Assembly (NCBI GenBank): GCA_045597365.1
Contig: JAZLKB010000059.1
Coordinates: 9,217-73,216, forward strand
DNA: 64,000 nucleotides
Direction of reading: 5' to 3'
Source of the DNA: Bacteroidaceae bacterium
Lineage (GTDB): Bacteria > Bacteroidota > Bacteroidia > Bacteroidales > Bacteroidaceae
In this document: positions 40,659-49,329 of the stretch, piece by piece
How the letters are laid out: each line of letters begins with the position of its first letter
Numbering within the stretch: the first letter of the stretch is position 1
The notes under the pieces: model-generated
Database searches by the model: none
What the model was told of the DNA's origin: nothing
The model's input: the letters and a program-made list of their open reading frames with translations, nothing else
Translations under genes and position numbers: made by a program

Positions 40659-41582
40659 ATGGACCAACCCAAGATAGAACGCATGCTGCGCCTGATGAGG
40701 CTGCTGGCGGGGAATACCAATTACTCGATTGACGAGCTGGCCGTGAAGCTGGATATGTCGTACAGGACCATTTACCGGTACATTGACACGTTCAAGGAGT
40801 CTGGCTTCGCTGTGGTGAAACTGTACGGCAATGTGTATAAGCTGGGTAAGTTGCCGAAGAAGGCAACGGACTTTGAGAAGCTGATTTACTTCAGCCCGGA
40901 GGAGGCGTATATCGTGAACAGTCTGATAGACAGTCTGGACCAGACCAACAGCCTGAAGGTGGGGCTGAAACGGAAGCTGGCAGCGATATATGACAGCACG
41001 AATATGGTGGAGTATGTGTCCAAGGGCGGCAACTCGGGCAATGTGCGGGCACTGTCGGAGGCCATCAGGAACAAGCAGAAGGTGCGGCTGCTGAATTATG
41101 AATCGGCGCACAGTGATACTGTAAAGGATAGGGTGGTGGAGCCGTTCGCTTTCTCTACTAATCTGATTGATGTGTGGGCATACGATTTGCACGACCTGCA
41201 CAACAAGGTGTTCAAGATAGCGAGAATTGGCAGTGTGGAGACTCTGGACGAGGACTGGGAATTTGAGGGCAGCCATAGGCGGCAGAGTACTGACGTGTTC
41301 CGTATGTCGGGCAAGTCGGCGAAGATGGTGAAGCTGAGGCTGAGCATCCGGGCGAAGAACATTCTGATAGAGGAGTATCCGCTTGCGGCCAAGGACATAA
41401 GGAAGGAAAACGGGTACTGGATTCTGGAAACCGGAGTGTATGACTATGCGGGAGTATGCCGGTTCTATCTTGGCCTGGCGGACGAAATACGGATTCTGGA
41501 ATCGGAGGAGTTCAGGGAGTATGTGCGGGAATATTTACGGAGGTATGTTATCAAGGACATGAAGGATAAAAGCAATGAATAA
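40659..41582 (+). CDS. HTH-WYL transcriptional regulator (BrxR/CapW-like architecture)
   Basis: N-terminal wHTH (YSIDELAVKLDMSYRTIYRYIDTF) and a central WYL-like core (VEPFAFSTNLIDVWAYDL...VFKIARI). It is visibly more G+C-rich than its neighbours. Confidence 0.8.
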   Translation: MDQPKIERMLRLMRLLAGNTNYSIDELAVKLDMSYRTIYRYIDTFKESGFAVVKLYGNVYKLGKLPKKATDFEKLIYFSPEEAYIVNSLIDSLDQTNSLKVGLKRKLAAIYDSTNMVEYVSKGGNSGNVRALSEAIRNKQKVRLLNYESAHSDTVKDRVVEPFAFSTNLIDVWAYDLHDLHNKVFKIARIGSVETLDEDWEFEGSHRRQSTDVFRMSGKSAKMVKLRLSIRAKNILIEEYPLAAKDIRKENGYWILETGVYDYAGVCRFYLGLADEIRILESEEFREYVREYLRRYVIKDMKDKSNE

Positions 41583-43098
41583 CCTGATTTTATCAATAAC
41601 TACTATTGGTGATTTGCTGCTTGAAGGTAGAATCACCAGACAGATGGACGGAAATCCTGTCAATGATGTAAAGCTGTCTGTCCCTGAGTATCAGCGTCCG
41701 TATAAATGGACTGCCAGACATGCTATTCAGCTGCTTGATGATATTCTTGAAGCGATGAACGGCAATAAAGAGTTGTATAGGGTTGGTACCTTGATTCTGC
41801 ATAAGGATCGTGATGATGAGGGATGTACACGGTACAATATTGTAGATGGCCAACAGAGAACCATCACGTTTGCGTTGCTACTCTATGCGTTGTATGAATT
41901 GGAGGTGCAGAATGACAGGAAAACGATAGAATTCCTGAATCAGCAGGTTTATGACAATCCTTTTAATCGTCACAATATTCCCAACAATCTGAATGCGTTC
42001 AGGCGAAGGACTCATAAGAGTTGTGATGACGAGGATAACTGGGAGCACTTAAGAGACATGAGACGCCTGCGAGATTTCATAGAAAGGCAATGTGAACTGA
42101 TTGTGGTGATTACTGATGACGTTTCGGAAGCGTTCCAGTTTTTTGATTCACAGAATGCAAGAGGAAAAACGTTATATCCTCACGATTTGTTGAAGGCCTA
42201 TCATCTGCGCGAGATGGCTGACATTGACAATAATGAGACGGAACGGATAGTCAAAGAATGGGAAAGGATTCCACAAGGTGAGCTGGCCTCGTTCTTTGGC
42301 GATTATCTGTATAGGATTAAGGAATGGATCAATGGAAATTGGGCATATAAGCTCAGTGAACAGAATATATACAAGTTTAAGGGAATCAGCAAACTGGCCC
42401 GGAATCCATATGCGCAGTTCTACAAGAGTGCGTTTTCTTACGCCGAGATGATTAATTCGTCCTATATGCCGTTTGTGTCGGGGATGAGGGAGGTGAATGC
42501 GTTTCAATTGAACACGCCCATCATTGCCGGTAAACCGTTTTTTGAATATACGAAACACTATTACGGCATACTGAAGGATATTCAGGATAACAGCCAGTAT
42601 GAAGGCTTCTATGTGAAAGGTGATACCATAGTCAAAACTTTGGACAAGCATTACAGCACCGGAGTGGGTAACAGGATTGCGCGTTTGCTGTTTGACACAG
42701 CACTGCTGCTGTATGTGGATCGTTTCTGCCCGGCTACTTATCCTACTAAGGGTGATATTGAACTGTTTGAGGAGTTTGTGACTTACGCTTTTATTTGGGC
42801 ATATTCACTGCGTGCCCAATACTATCATCTGGGGTGGCAATCTGCTCAGAACTATGTGCTGGAACGAAGTGAAAAGATTAACTCGTTTAATATCTATAAG
42901 ATGATTTCAGACTCAGATACTCCTGTGTCGTTGTTGAGCGGTCTGGCTGACAGACTGAATCCACTGTCGTATGATGATATCAATGACAATGTGTATTCAG
43001 GTATTGATAATGAAACCGTAGATGATAAGAATCCGGAAGATGGTGTGTACAGTAACTATCTGCATTTCTTTAAAGTAAACACTTTTTACACTGAGTGA
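41575..43098 (+). CDS. DUF262 (ParB-like NTPase, GmrS-like) protein without nuclease domain
   Basis: VPEYQRPYKW, IVDGQQRTITF and FQFFDSQNARGKTLYPHDLLK motifs. No DUF1524-type His-Me motif. It overlaps the WYL gene by 8 nt. Confidence 0.8.
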   Translation: MNNLILSITTIGDLLLEGRITRQMDGNPVNDVKLSVPEYQRPYKWTARHAIQLLDDILEAMNGNKELYRVGTLILHKDRDDEGCTRYNIVDGQQRTITFALLLYALYELEVQNDRKTIEFLNQQVYDNPFNRHNIPNNLNAFRRRTHKSCDDEDNWEHLRDMRRLRDFIERQCELIVVITDDVSEAFQFFDSQNARGKTLYPHDLLKAYHLREMADIDNNETERIVKEWERIPQGELASFFGDYLYRIKEWINGNWAYKLSEQNIYKFKGISKLARNPYAQFYKSAFSYAEMINSSYMPFVSGMREVNAFQLNTPIIAGKPFFEYTKHYYGILKDIQDNSQYEGFYVKGDTIVKTLDKHYSTGVGNRIARLLFDTALLLYVDRFCPATYPTKGDIELFEEFVTYAFIWAYSLRAQYYHLGWQSAQNYVLERSEKINSFNIYKMISDSDTPVSLLSGLADRLNPLSYDDINDNVYSGIDNETVDDKNPEDGVYSNYLHFFKVNTFYTE

Positions 43099-43102
43099 CA
43101 AT

Positions 43103-45139
43103 ATGGAAAAGACATTACCGTTGGAAGAGTGCTCCATATACAGGGTTTATTTTGAAAGTAAGGAGACAAAGACGTATATGATTCCCGTGTATCAGCGCAA
43201 CTATGCATGGGAGGAAGATGAGATAACCGCGTTGGTTAAGGATGTGCATGATTCGTTTGTAAAGGATTGCAACAAGCCGTATTATATTGGTACTCTTGTG
43301 ACTTATAAGCGTGGGGACAGTCTGTATGAGGTTATTGACGGCCAGCAAAGGCTGACCACCATTTATATTATCTTGAAGGCGCTTGGTTTCAAGGATATCC
43401 GCAACAAACTCACCTATGGTGCCCGTAAGGTGTCTGCTTCTACCATTGATCATCTGGACAGTTATCCTAATCTGGGAGATGAGGTGGATGGTGGCATAAG
43501 AAACGGCTATCAGTATGCGGAAAAGGCCATAAGCGCTATTGTGATGGAATGTGAAAAGAAGAGGTTCGAACAGTATTTTCTCCACTTTGTGCATATCATA
43601 CATTACAATGTTCCTAAAGACGTTGACCTGAATCATTATTTTGAGGTGATGAACTCAAGGGGGGAACAACTGGAGAAGCACGAAATTGTTAAGTCAACAC
43701 TCTGCCAGGAACTGACTAAGTCGGAAATTGCAACATTCAGCCGAGTGTGGGAGGCTTGTAGTGAGATGAATATCTATATACAGCAGGCTTTTCCGGACAA
43801 GACCATCTTTGGAAATAATTGTGAGGATTTCGTCATTATGAAATTTGGGGATATACCTCAGCAGGACGAATCTGATGGAAAGAAGTCAATCCTGAGCCTT
43901 TTGGATAAACCGGCTAAAGATATTAAGAAGAGTGTAAATATTGAACAGAGTGACAGGTTTCAGCCAATCATTGACTTTCCTAATTTCTTGCTTATTGTAC
44001 TGAAAGTGACATTGATGGGTAGGGATGGATTTGAACCTGCAAAATTTGTATTGGATGATAAGGAGTTGCTTAACGAATTTTTGATGGCTTTGGGCGCAAC
44101 TTCGGATAAGGCTGAGTTTGCAAGACAATTTGCGTATAACCTATTGAGAGCCAGATATTGCTTGGACAATTATGTTATTCATCATTCGATGAATGATAAA
44201 GAGATGACTGGTGATAATCCGTGGAAACTGCAATATTATCATTTTGAAAAGAAAAAGGGATATCCGGAGAATTTGGCGGAAGGGAATGTGCAGGATGAAC
44301 TGGTGCATCTGATGTCGATGTTTGAGGTGGCATTTACCGCAAGACAAAGGAAGAACTATCTGTTCTATTGTATGATGTATTTGTTTGAGAATCATGAGCC
44401 ATCTGGAGGTGATTATCTCCAGTTCCTGCAATTCTTGGCTGACAAGTATTTTTATGATGTTTACTTGAATCCCGATAGTCTGAACGAGAGGAACCAACCT
44501 GTTCCAAATGCATTTGACAGTGCTATGTTGGCAAACGGCAAGTTGAATATGGATGTATGCAGCTATGGGACGACAGACTACAGAAAGAGGTTTAAAGAGA
44601 TATACAGGCAGGGCTGTTCGGACATTCCTTTGTTCGTGTTCAATTATACTGATTATAAACTGTGGCAAAAATATGTCAAGGAATTGCGCGGCTATAAATA
44701 TAAGAAAGGTTCGAAGGAGAGGACTGATTTCTTTTCAGAATTGGGATGTAGTGACTTTGAACTTGATTTGTTCAAAAGCTTTTACTTTTCGCGTACCAGA
44801 AAGAGTCTGGAGCATTTTTATCCGCGTGCCAAGGCTGGTGATGATAAATCTCTGAATCTGACCGAGATAAACTGTTTCGGTAACTTCGCAATGATTGGTG
44901 CTGAAGCGAACAGCTCCGGAAGCGATTGGGATCCGAAGACGAAACTTGATCATTATTGCGATGGCAAATCTAATCAAGTGAGTGTGGCATCACTGAAGTT
45001 CAGGATTATGATGCAAGTGTGCCAGGACAATTACTTGAAGATGCTGAATGGTAAACTTCATAGGATTCCAGGCATGGAGTGGGATGCAGATGATATGCAG
45101 ACTCATCAACAAAGGATGTTGGATGTTATTATCAGGTAA
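43103..45139 (+). CDS. DUF262-DUF1524 fusion (GmrSD/BrxU-type nuclease)
   Basis: IPVYQRNYAW, VIDGQQRLTTIY and FEVMNSRGEQL, plus the C-terminal SLEHFYPRA...FGNFAMIGAEANSSGSDW (His-Me finger of DUF1524). Confidence 0.85.
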   Translation: MEKTLPLEECSIYRVYFESKETKTYMIPVYQRNYAWEEDEITALVKDVHDSFVKDCNKPYYIGTLVTYKRGDSLYEVIDGQQRLTTIYIILKALGFKDIRNKLTYGARKVSASTIDHLDSYPNLGDEVDGGIRNGYQYAEKAISAIVMECEKKRFEQYFLHFVHIIHYNVPKDVDLNHYFEVMNSRGEQLEKHEIVKSTLCQELTKSEIATFSRVWEACSEMNIYIQQAFPDKTIFGNNCEDFVIMKFGDIPQQDESDGKKSILSLLDKPAKDIKKSVNIEQSDRFQPIIDFPNFLLIVLKVTLMGRDGFEPAKFVLDDKELLNEFLMALGATSDKAEFARQFAYNLLRARYCLDNYVIHHSMNDKEMTGDNPWKLQYYHFEKKKGYPENLAEGNVQDELVHLMSMFEVAFTARQRKNYLFYCMMYLFENHEPSGGDYLQFLQFLADKYFYDVYLNPDSLNERNQPVPNAFDSAMLANGKLNMDVCSYGTTDYRKRFKEIYRQGCSDIPLFVFNYTDYKLWQKYVKELRGYKYKKGSKERTDFFSELGCSDFELDLFKSFYFSRTRKSLEHFYPRAKAGDDKSLNLTEINCFGNFAMIGAEANSSGSDWDPKTKLDHYCDGKSNQVSVASLKFRIMMQVCQDNYLKMLNGKLHRIPGMEWDADDMQTHQQRMLDVIIR

Positions 45140-45236
45140 CTATGGACATCAGGAATGATAACTGGTCATTTAGCGAAAATTTAAACCGAAAAAGCCATTG
45201 TTTTCGTAGAGCAGGAATCGTTGACAAAAACTGTCA

Positions 45237-45605
45237 ATGTCGCATAGTACCTTTGCCGGTGTAATTAATGATAGTAGAGCTATGGAAGAAAAACATCGGC
45301 ATTTTATGAACTTTGACATTGCAGGGTTCACTTATTGGGATGGAGCTATGGTGCTTTGTGAACTGAAGCCTGGCAACAAGGTGCATTTGGAGAGGGAGAA
45401 AGACAATGGATTTGATCCGGAGGCGGTTGCTGTCTGGTATGGTGAGAATAAGCTCGGATTCATTCCGCGCAGCATGAACAGCGACATTGCCACATTCCTG
45501 GATATGGGATATGAGGATATCTTCGACGCGAGAATTCAGAGGGTGGCACCCGAGGAACATCCGGAGCATCAGGTTGGCGTGATTGTTTATCTGAATCGCA
45601 GATGA
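45237..45605 (+). CDS. Stand-alone HIRAN-domain protein
   Basis: FDIAGFTYWDG...LKPGNKVHLEREKDNGFDPEAVAVWYGENKLGFIPRS matches the HIRAN consensus closely. Confidence 0.75.
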   Translation: MSHSTFAGVINDSRAMEEKHRHFMNFDIAGFTYWDGAMVLCELKPGNKVHLEREKDNGFDPEAVAVWYGENKLGFIPRSMNSDIATFLDMGYEDIFDARIQRVAPEEHPEHQVGVIVYLNRR

Positions 45606-46029
45606 ATACATACATTATGCGCTGGAATCCCAGCATAAGCAGCAGTAAGATTGAGGCGTTTCGTAAGGCTATGGCCAAGTGGCCGGGAGGCTTTTGCTAC
45701 AACTGGAGCATTTACGAATGGGAGCAGGCCAAGGGGGGGATGAGTATGTGATGGTACGTGTGGGGGACGGTCCCGTAGGTGTGGTGTATCACGGCACCTT
45801 TCTGAACGATCCGTACGAAGGTGTCGATTGGGGCGGAACGGCTAAGAAACGCCATTATGTGGATATAACAGTGGATGATGCTTGCGACCCTGACAGGCCT
45901 TGTATCACGATGGAACAGCTTGAAGCAGCCATTCCAGAAATCGAATGGCGCAGAGGGCATTCCGGCCAGCTGATTACGCCTGAGCAGGCCTATAGACTTG
46001 GAGAGCTGCTGGATCAGGCGTTGGATTAA
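45602..46029 (+). pseudogene. Hypothetical ~142-aa gene interrupted by a frameshift at a G7 tract
   Basis: The ATG overlaps the HIRAN stop (ATGA). Frame 1 gives MNTYIMRWNPSISS...EQAKGG, then a stop at 45749. Frame 2 continues GGDEYVMVRVGDG... to 46029. A G8 or G5 tract at 45733-45739 would fuse the two frames. Confidence 0.6.
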
Positions 46030-46072
46030 ATACGGTCCATCGAAGATATCGGAGTAGCAACAAAGGTTTTTT

Positions 46073-46777
46073 CGGCATCTGACCGATATTTGAAGTATCT
46101 TCGCAGATATGATTACTGAACGCTTTCACGGACTTGAACTGACTCTTACCGGTAACTCCCGCAGTTCCATCTGCTATCTGCTTATGCCTACGGAATTGCC
46201 TGATGCTGAATTGCAGGCATTGGATGCTGTTGCTCATCGGTATTCCGTCAGGATTGCAGTCATCAGCGGGATGAACTGGAATAATGACCTTACTCCCTGG
46301 ACTGCAAAGGGCATCAGGAAAAAGGAGCCAGACTTTGGCGGTAGTGCAAGGATATTCCTCGATGAACTGAAGGAAGAGGTGTTTCCATACATTGAGAACG
46401 GAATGTCTGCCAGTTTGCACAGATATATGATTGGCGTTTCACTGTCGGGTCTGTTCGCTGTCTGGGGGCTTTGCTCAGGCTTTGACTTGAACGGCGTTTG
46501 CTCCATATCGGGCTCATTCTGGTATGACGGATTCTGCGAATGGTTGACACGGAACAGCATTGACTTGTCCGGAAAGCGTATTTGCCTGCTGCTGGGTGAC
46601 CGGGAGAAGATGGCGCGTGATACAAGACTTTCGTCTGTCGAGTTGTGTACTCAGGCGGTCTGTGATACGTTGACATCGGCAGGAGCGGACTGCACCTTCG
46701 AACTGGTACCAGGTACACATTTCTCGGCCATCGGTCCAAGGTTGGAGCGGGCATTTGAACTGATCTTATAAAAATTG
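46073..46777 (+). repeat. 705-bp direct repeat, copy B (partner 26837-27544)
   Basis: Direct alignment with copy A. Confidence 0.9.
46109..46771 (+). CDS. Alpha/beta hydrolase (putative esterase), paralogue B
   Basis: 220 aa, near-identical to 26873-27538 (ASLHRY instead of ANGLHRY). Confidence 0.75.
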   Translation: MITERFHGLELTLTGNSRSSICYLLMPTELPDAELQALDAVAHRYSVRIAVISGMNWNNDLTPWTAKGIRKKEPDFGGSARIFLDELKEEVFPYIENGMSASLHRYMIGVSLSGLFAVWGLCSGFDLNGVCSISGSFWYDGFCEWLTRNSIDLSGKRICLLLGDREKMARDTRLSSVELCTQAVCDTLTSAGADCTFELVPGTHFSAIGPRLERAFELIL

Positions 46778-46885
46778 CCTAAGCCTGATTGTCATTCTTT
46801 CACCAGCAGAAGACCGGGCGTTTCGTGGAGATTCCCTGCAATTCGAAGCTGAGGGCCATACCAAATCTGCACGTTGCAGGGCTTG

Positions 46886-48574
46886 CTAATTCTGCTTTAG
46901 TGTGCGTATTGTCTTTGCAACGTTGATGAGGTGGTCACCGACACGCTCGGCATTCGAACTTAGAGAGAGGTACTGGGCGCCGACTGCAGGAGAGCAGACT
47001 TTCTCATTGAGCCTCGAAATGTGATTGTCCTCCATTTTCTTGGTGAAGTCGTCGATCTCTTCCTCCACGATATTGGCCTTTCCTAGGGCGCTGAAGTCCT
47101 CGTCGTTGTATGCTTTGAGTGCGTATTCATACAACTCGCCCAACAGACTGCGGAGCTCGCGTATCTCGCCAAGGGGCTTTTCGGAGAATGACGACTCTGT
47201 GTCCTTCAGATACTGTGCATACTCGGTTATGTTCTCGGCATAGTCACCGATACGCTCGATATCCCTCACGGTGCGGTAGGTACCGGAAAGGAAGATATGG
47301 TCCTTTTCACCGAGTCCGCTCTTTCCGGACAGGCTGACTACAAAGGCGATGATCTCATTGTTCAACCAGTCAATTTCTACCTCGGTGCGTCTGAATTCTT
47401 CAAGCCGTCCCAGATCGAGGCTTGACACCATGTCCAGTGACAGATTGAAGTTGCGCATCGCAAGAGCGGCCATGTTCACAATCTCGTTCTTTGTCTGAAG
47501 CACTGCGATAGGCGGAGTCGTGAGCATGTTCCAGTCTATGTAATAGAACTTCGACCTATCCTTCTCGTCCGACTGTGCTTCATCGGGGATGATTCTGGCG
47601 ACAAGTTTCACCAGTGCATCGGTAAGTGGAAGGATCAAGATGACAGTGATGACGTTGAAGATGGTATGGAACATTGCCAATTGTTCCTGAGGAGCATCAG
47701 GGAATATGGACTGGAAAATGGACCCGAACGTCACGCCTCCGGTTATAAGTTTTATGACAAACCCGACCAGCAGGAACATCACGACACCGCTGACGTTGAA
47801 GAATAGGTGGATGAGTGATGTACGCTTGGCGTTCCTCCCCGAAGTCATACCAGCTATGATGGCTACGATGCAGGAGCCTATGTTTGAGCCCATGGTGATG
47901 AATATGCCCTGGTCCAACGAAATGAGTCCTACGCAGAGCATGGCTATGGCCACGGAGGTCATCACAGACGAGCTCTGTATGATTGCAGTGAACACTGCGC
48001 CGATGAGAACCAGAAGAATTGGATTGCTTATTCCCGCGAGGAACACCTTAACGCCTTCAAGCTGTGCGAAATCGCTCATCGATCCACTCATCATACTGAG
48101 GCCCACGAAAAGCATTCCGAATCCGGCGAGCGTGCCGCCTATCTTCTTGCCCATATCCTTTTTCGCGAACAGGGCGAGGAACGCACCGATACCTGCAAAT
48201 GCTGAGAATATAATTGTCGTGGATATGGCGCTGGCGCTACCGAACATACCGAGTGCCACAATCTGTGCCGTGATGGTCGTTCCAATATTCGCGCCGTAGA
48301 TGATGGTTGCAGCTTGGGTGAGAGACATTATCCCTGCGTTCACGAAGCCTATGATCATCACCGTTGTTGCTCCGGAACTCTGGATGGCTGCGGTGCCGAC
48401 CGTACCGATACCGACTCCCAGAAGCCGGCTTCGGGCAGCCTTCGAAAATAGAGACTTGAGTCTTGTGGAACTCGCTGATTCAAGATTGGAGCTCATCGTT
48501 TGGCAGGCTATGAGAAAGATTCCGATGCCTGCAATAAGCGTACGAACAGCTGAAATGATAACGCCAGTAGCCAT
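46886..48574 (-). CDS. Na+/phosphate cotransporter family protein with C-terminal PhoU-like domains
   Basis: Multi-TM N-terminal half with duplicated GANIGTT / GSNIGSC motifs. The C-terminal helical repeats (ERIGDYAENI, ERVGDHLINV) are typical of PhoU. Confidence 0.85.
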   Translation of the reverse strand: MATGVIISAVRTLIAGIGIFLIACQTMSSNLESASSTRLKSLFSKAARSRLLGVGIGTVGTAAIQSSGATTVMIIGFVNAGIMSLTQAATIIYGANIGTTITAQIVALGMFGSASAISTTIIFSAFAGIGAFLALFAKKDMGKKIGGTLAGFGMLFVGLSMMSGSMSDFAQLEGVKVFLAGISNPILLVLIGAVFTAIIQSSSVMTSVAIAMLCVGLISLDQGIFITMGSNIGSCIVAIIAGMTSGRNAKRTSLIHLFFNVSGVVMFLLVGFVIKLITGGVTFGSIFQSIFPDAPQEQLAMFHTIFNVITVILILPLTDALVKLVARIIPDEAQSDEKDRSKFYYIDWNMLTTPPIAVLQTKNEIVNMAALAMRNFNLSLDMVSSLDLGRLEEFRRTEVEIDWLNNEIIAFVVSLSGKSGLGEKDHIFLSGTYRTVRDIERIGDYAENITEYAQYLKDTESSFSEKPLGEIRELRSLLGELYEYALKAYNDEDFSALGKANIVEEEIDDFTKKMEDNHISRLNEKVCSPAVGAQYLSLSSNAERVGDHLINVAKTIRTLKQN

Positions 48575-48681
48575 AGCCTATTGAATTTCTGATGCAAAAG
48601 TGATGTAAAAAGGCAAGCCTTCAAACCGTTGCCTGCCGATTTAACCGAATCTTAACAATTATCGCATATCTTTGTAACAAT

Positions 48682-49329
48682 ATGCAGACAATCCTTATAG
48701 TTGATGTCGATGCAGATATCCGCGAGATACTCTCATTCAATGTGGAGAACGCCGGATATGCCGTTCTGAGTGCTGACTCAGCAGAGGCTGCTGAACAGTT
48801 CGTGGGTGAAGCGTCACTGATTCTTCTGGATGTCATGCTTCCCGGGATGTCCGGTTATCAGTTTGCCAAGAAACTACGTTCGGATGGGGATGATATCCCT
48901 GTAATCTTCCTTACTGCGAGGGCTGCTGAGAACGACCTCCTGACCGGTTTCAGTGCAGGAGCGGATGACTACATCTCCAAACCTTTTTCCATCAACGAGG
49001 TGCTGGCGCGTATCAAGGCAGTTCTCGGCAGGTCGATAAAATCCGACATCGTGGCTGCTGGAGGTATCGTTGTGAACAGGATGCTGAAGACTGCTTCTGC
49101 AAACGGGCAGGCGCTGGAACTCTCACGCAAGGAATATGAGATCCTCGAGCTGCTGGTTTCCAACAAGGGGCAGTGCTTCTCGCGCGCAGACATCATTTCC
49201 AGACTTTGGAAGGATGCTCCGTATGTGTTGGAAAGGACGGTTGATGTCCATATCGCCAGGCTACGCTCGAAACTCGGGGATGAAAGAAACATAATACAGA
49301 ACAAATCAGGCTTCGGATATTACGTATGA
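48682..49329 (+). CDS. OmpR/PhoB-family response regulator
   Basis: Receiver domain (ILLDVMLPGMSG, DDYISKPF) plus a winged-helix output (LSRKEYEILELL...VDVHIARLRSKL). Confidence 0.85.
   Translation: MQTILIVDVDADIREILSFNVENAGYAVLSADSAEAAEQFVGEASLILLDVMLPGMSGYQFAKKLRSDGDDIPVIFLTARAAENDLLTGFSAGADDYISKPFSINEVLARIKAVLGRSIKSDIVAAGGIVVNRMLKTASANGQALELSRKEYEILELLVSNKGQCFSRADIISRLWKDAPYVLERTVDVHIARLRSKLGDERNIIQNKSGFGYYV

Noticed and set aside
40641-41276. 211-aa ORF antisense to the WYL regulator gene
   Set aside because: Its translation is a monotonous H/Q/L/R/V-rich string with no motifs. It lies wholly inside a gene that has clear HTH and WYL motifs. It is a typical shadow ORF of a G+C-richer coding region.
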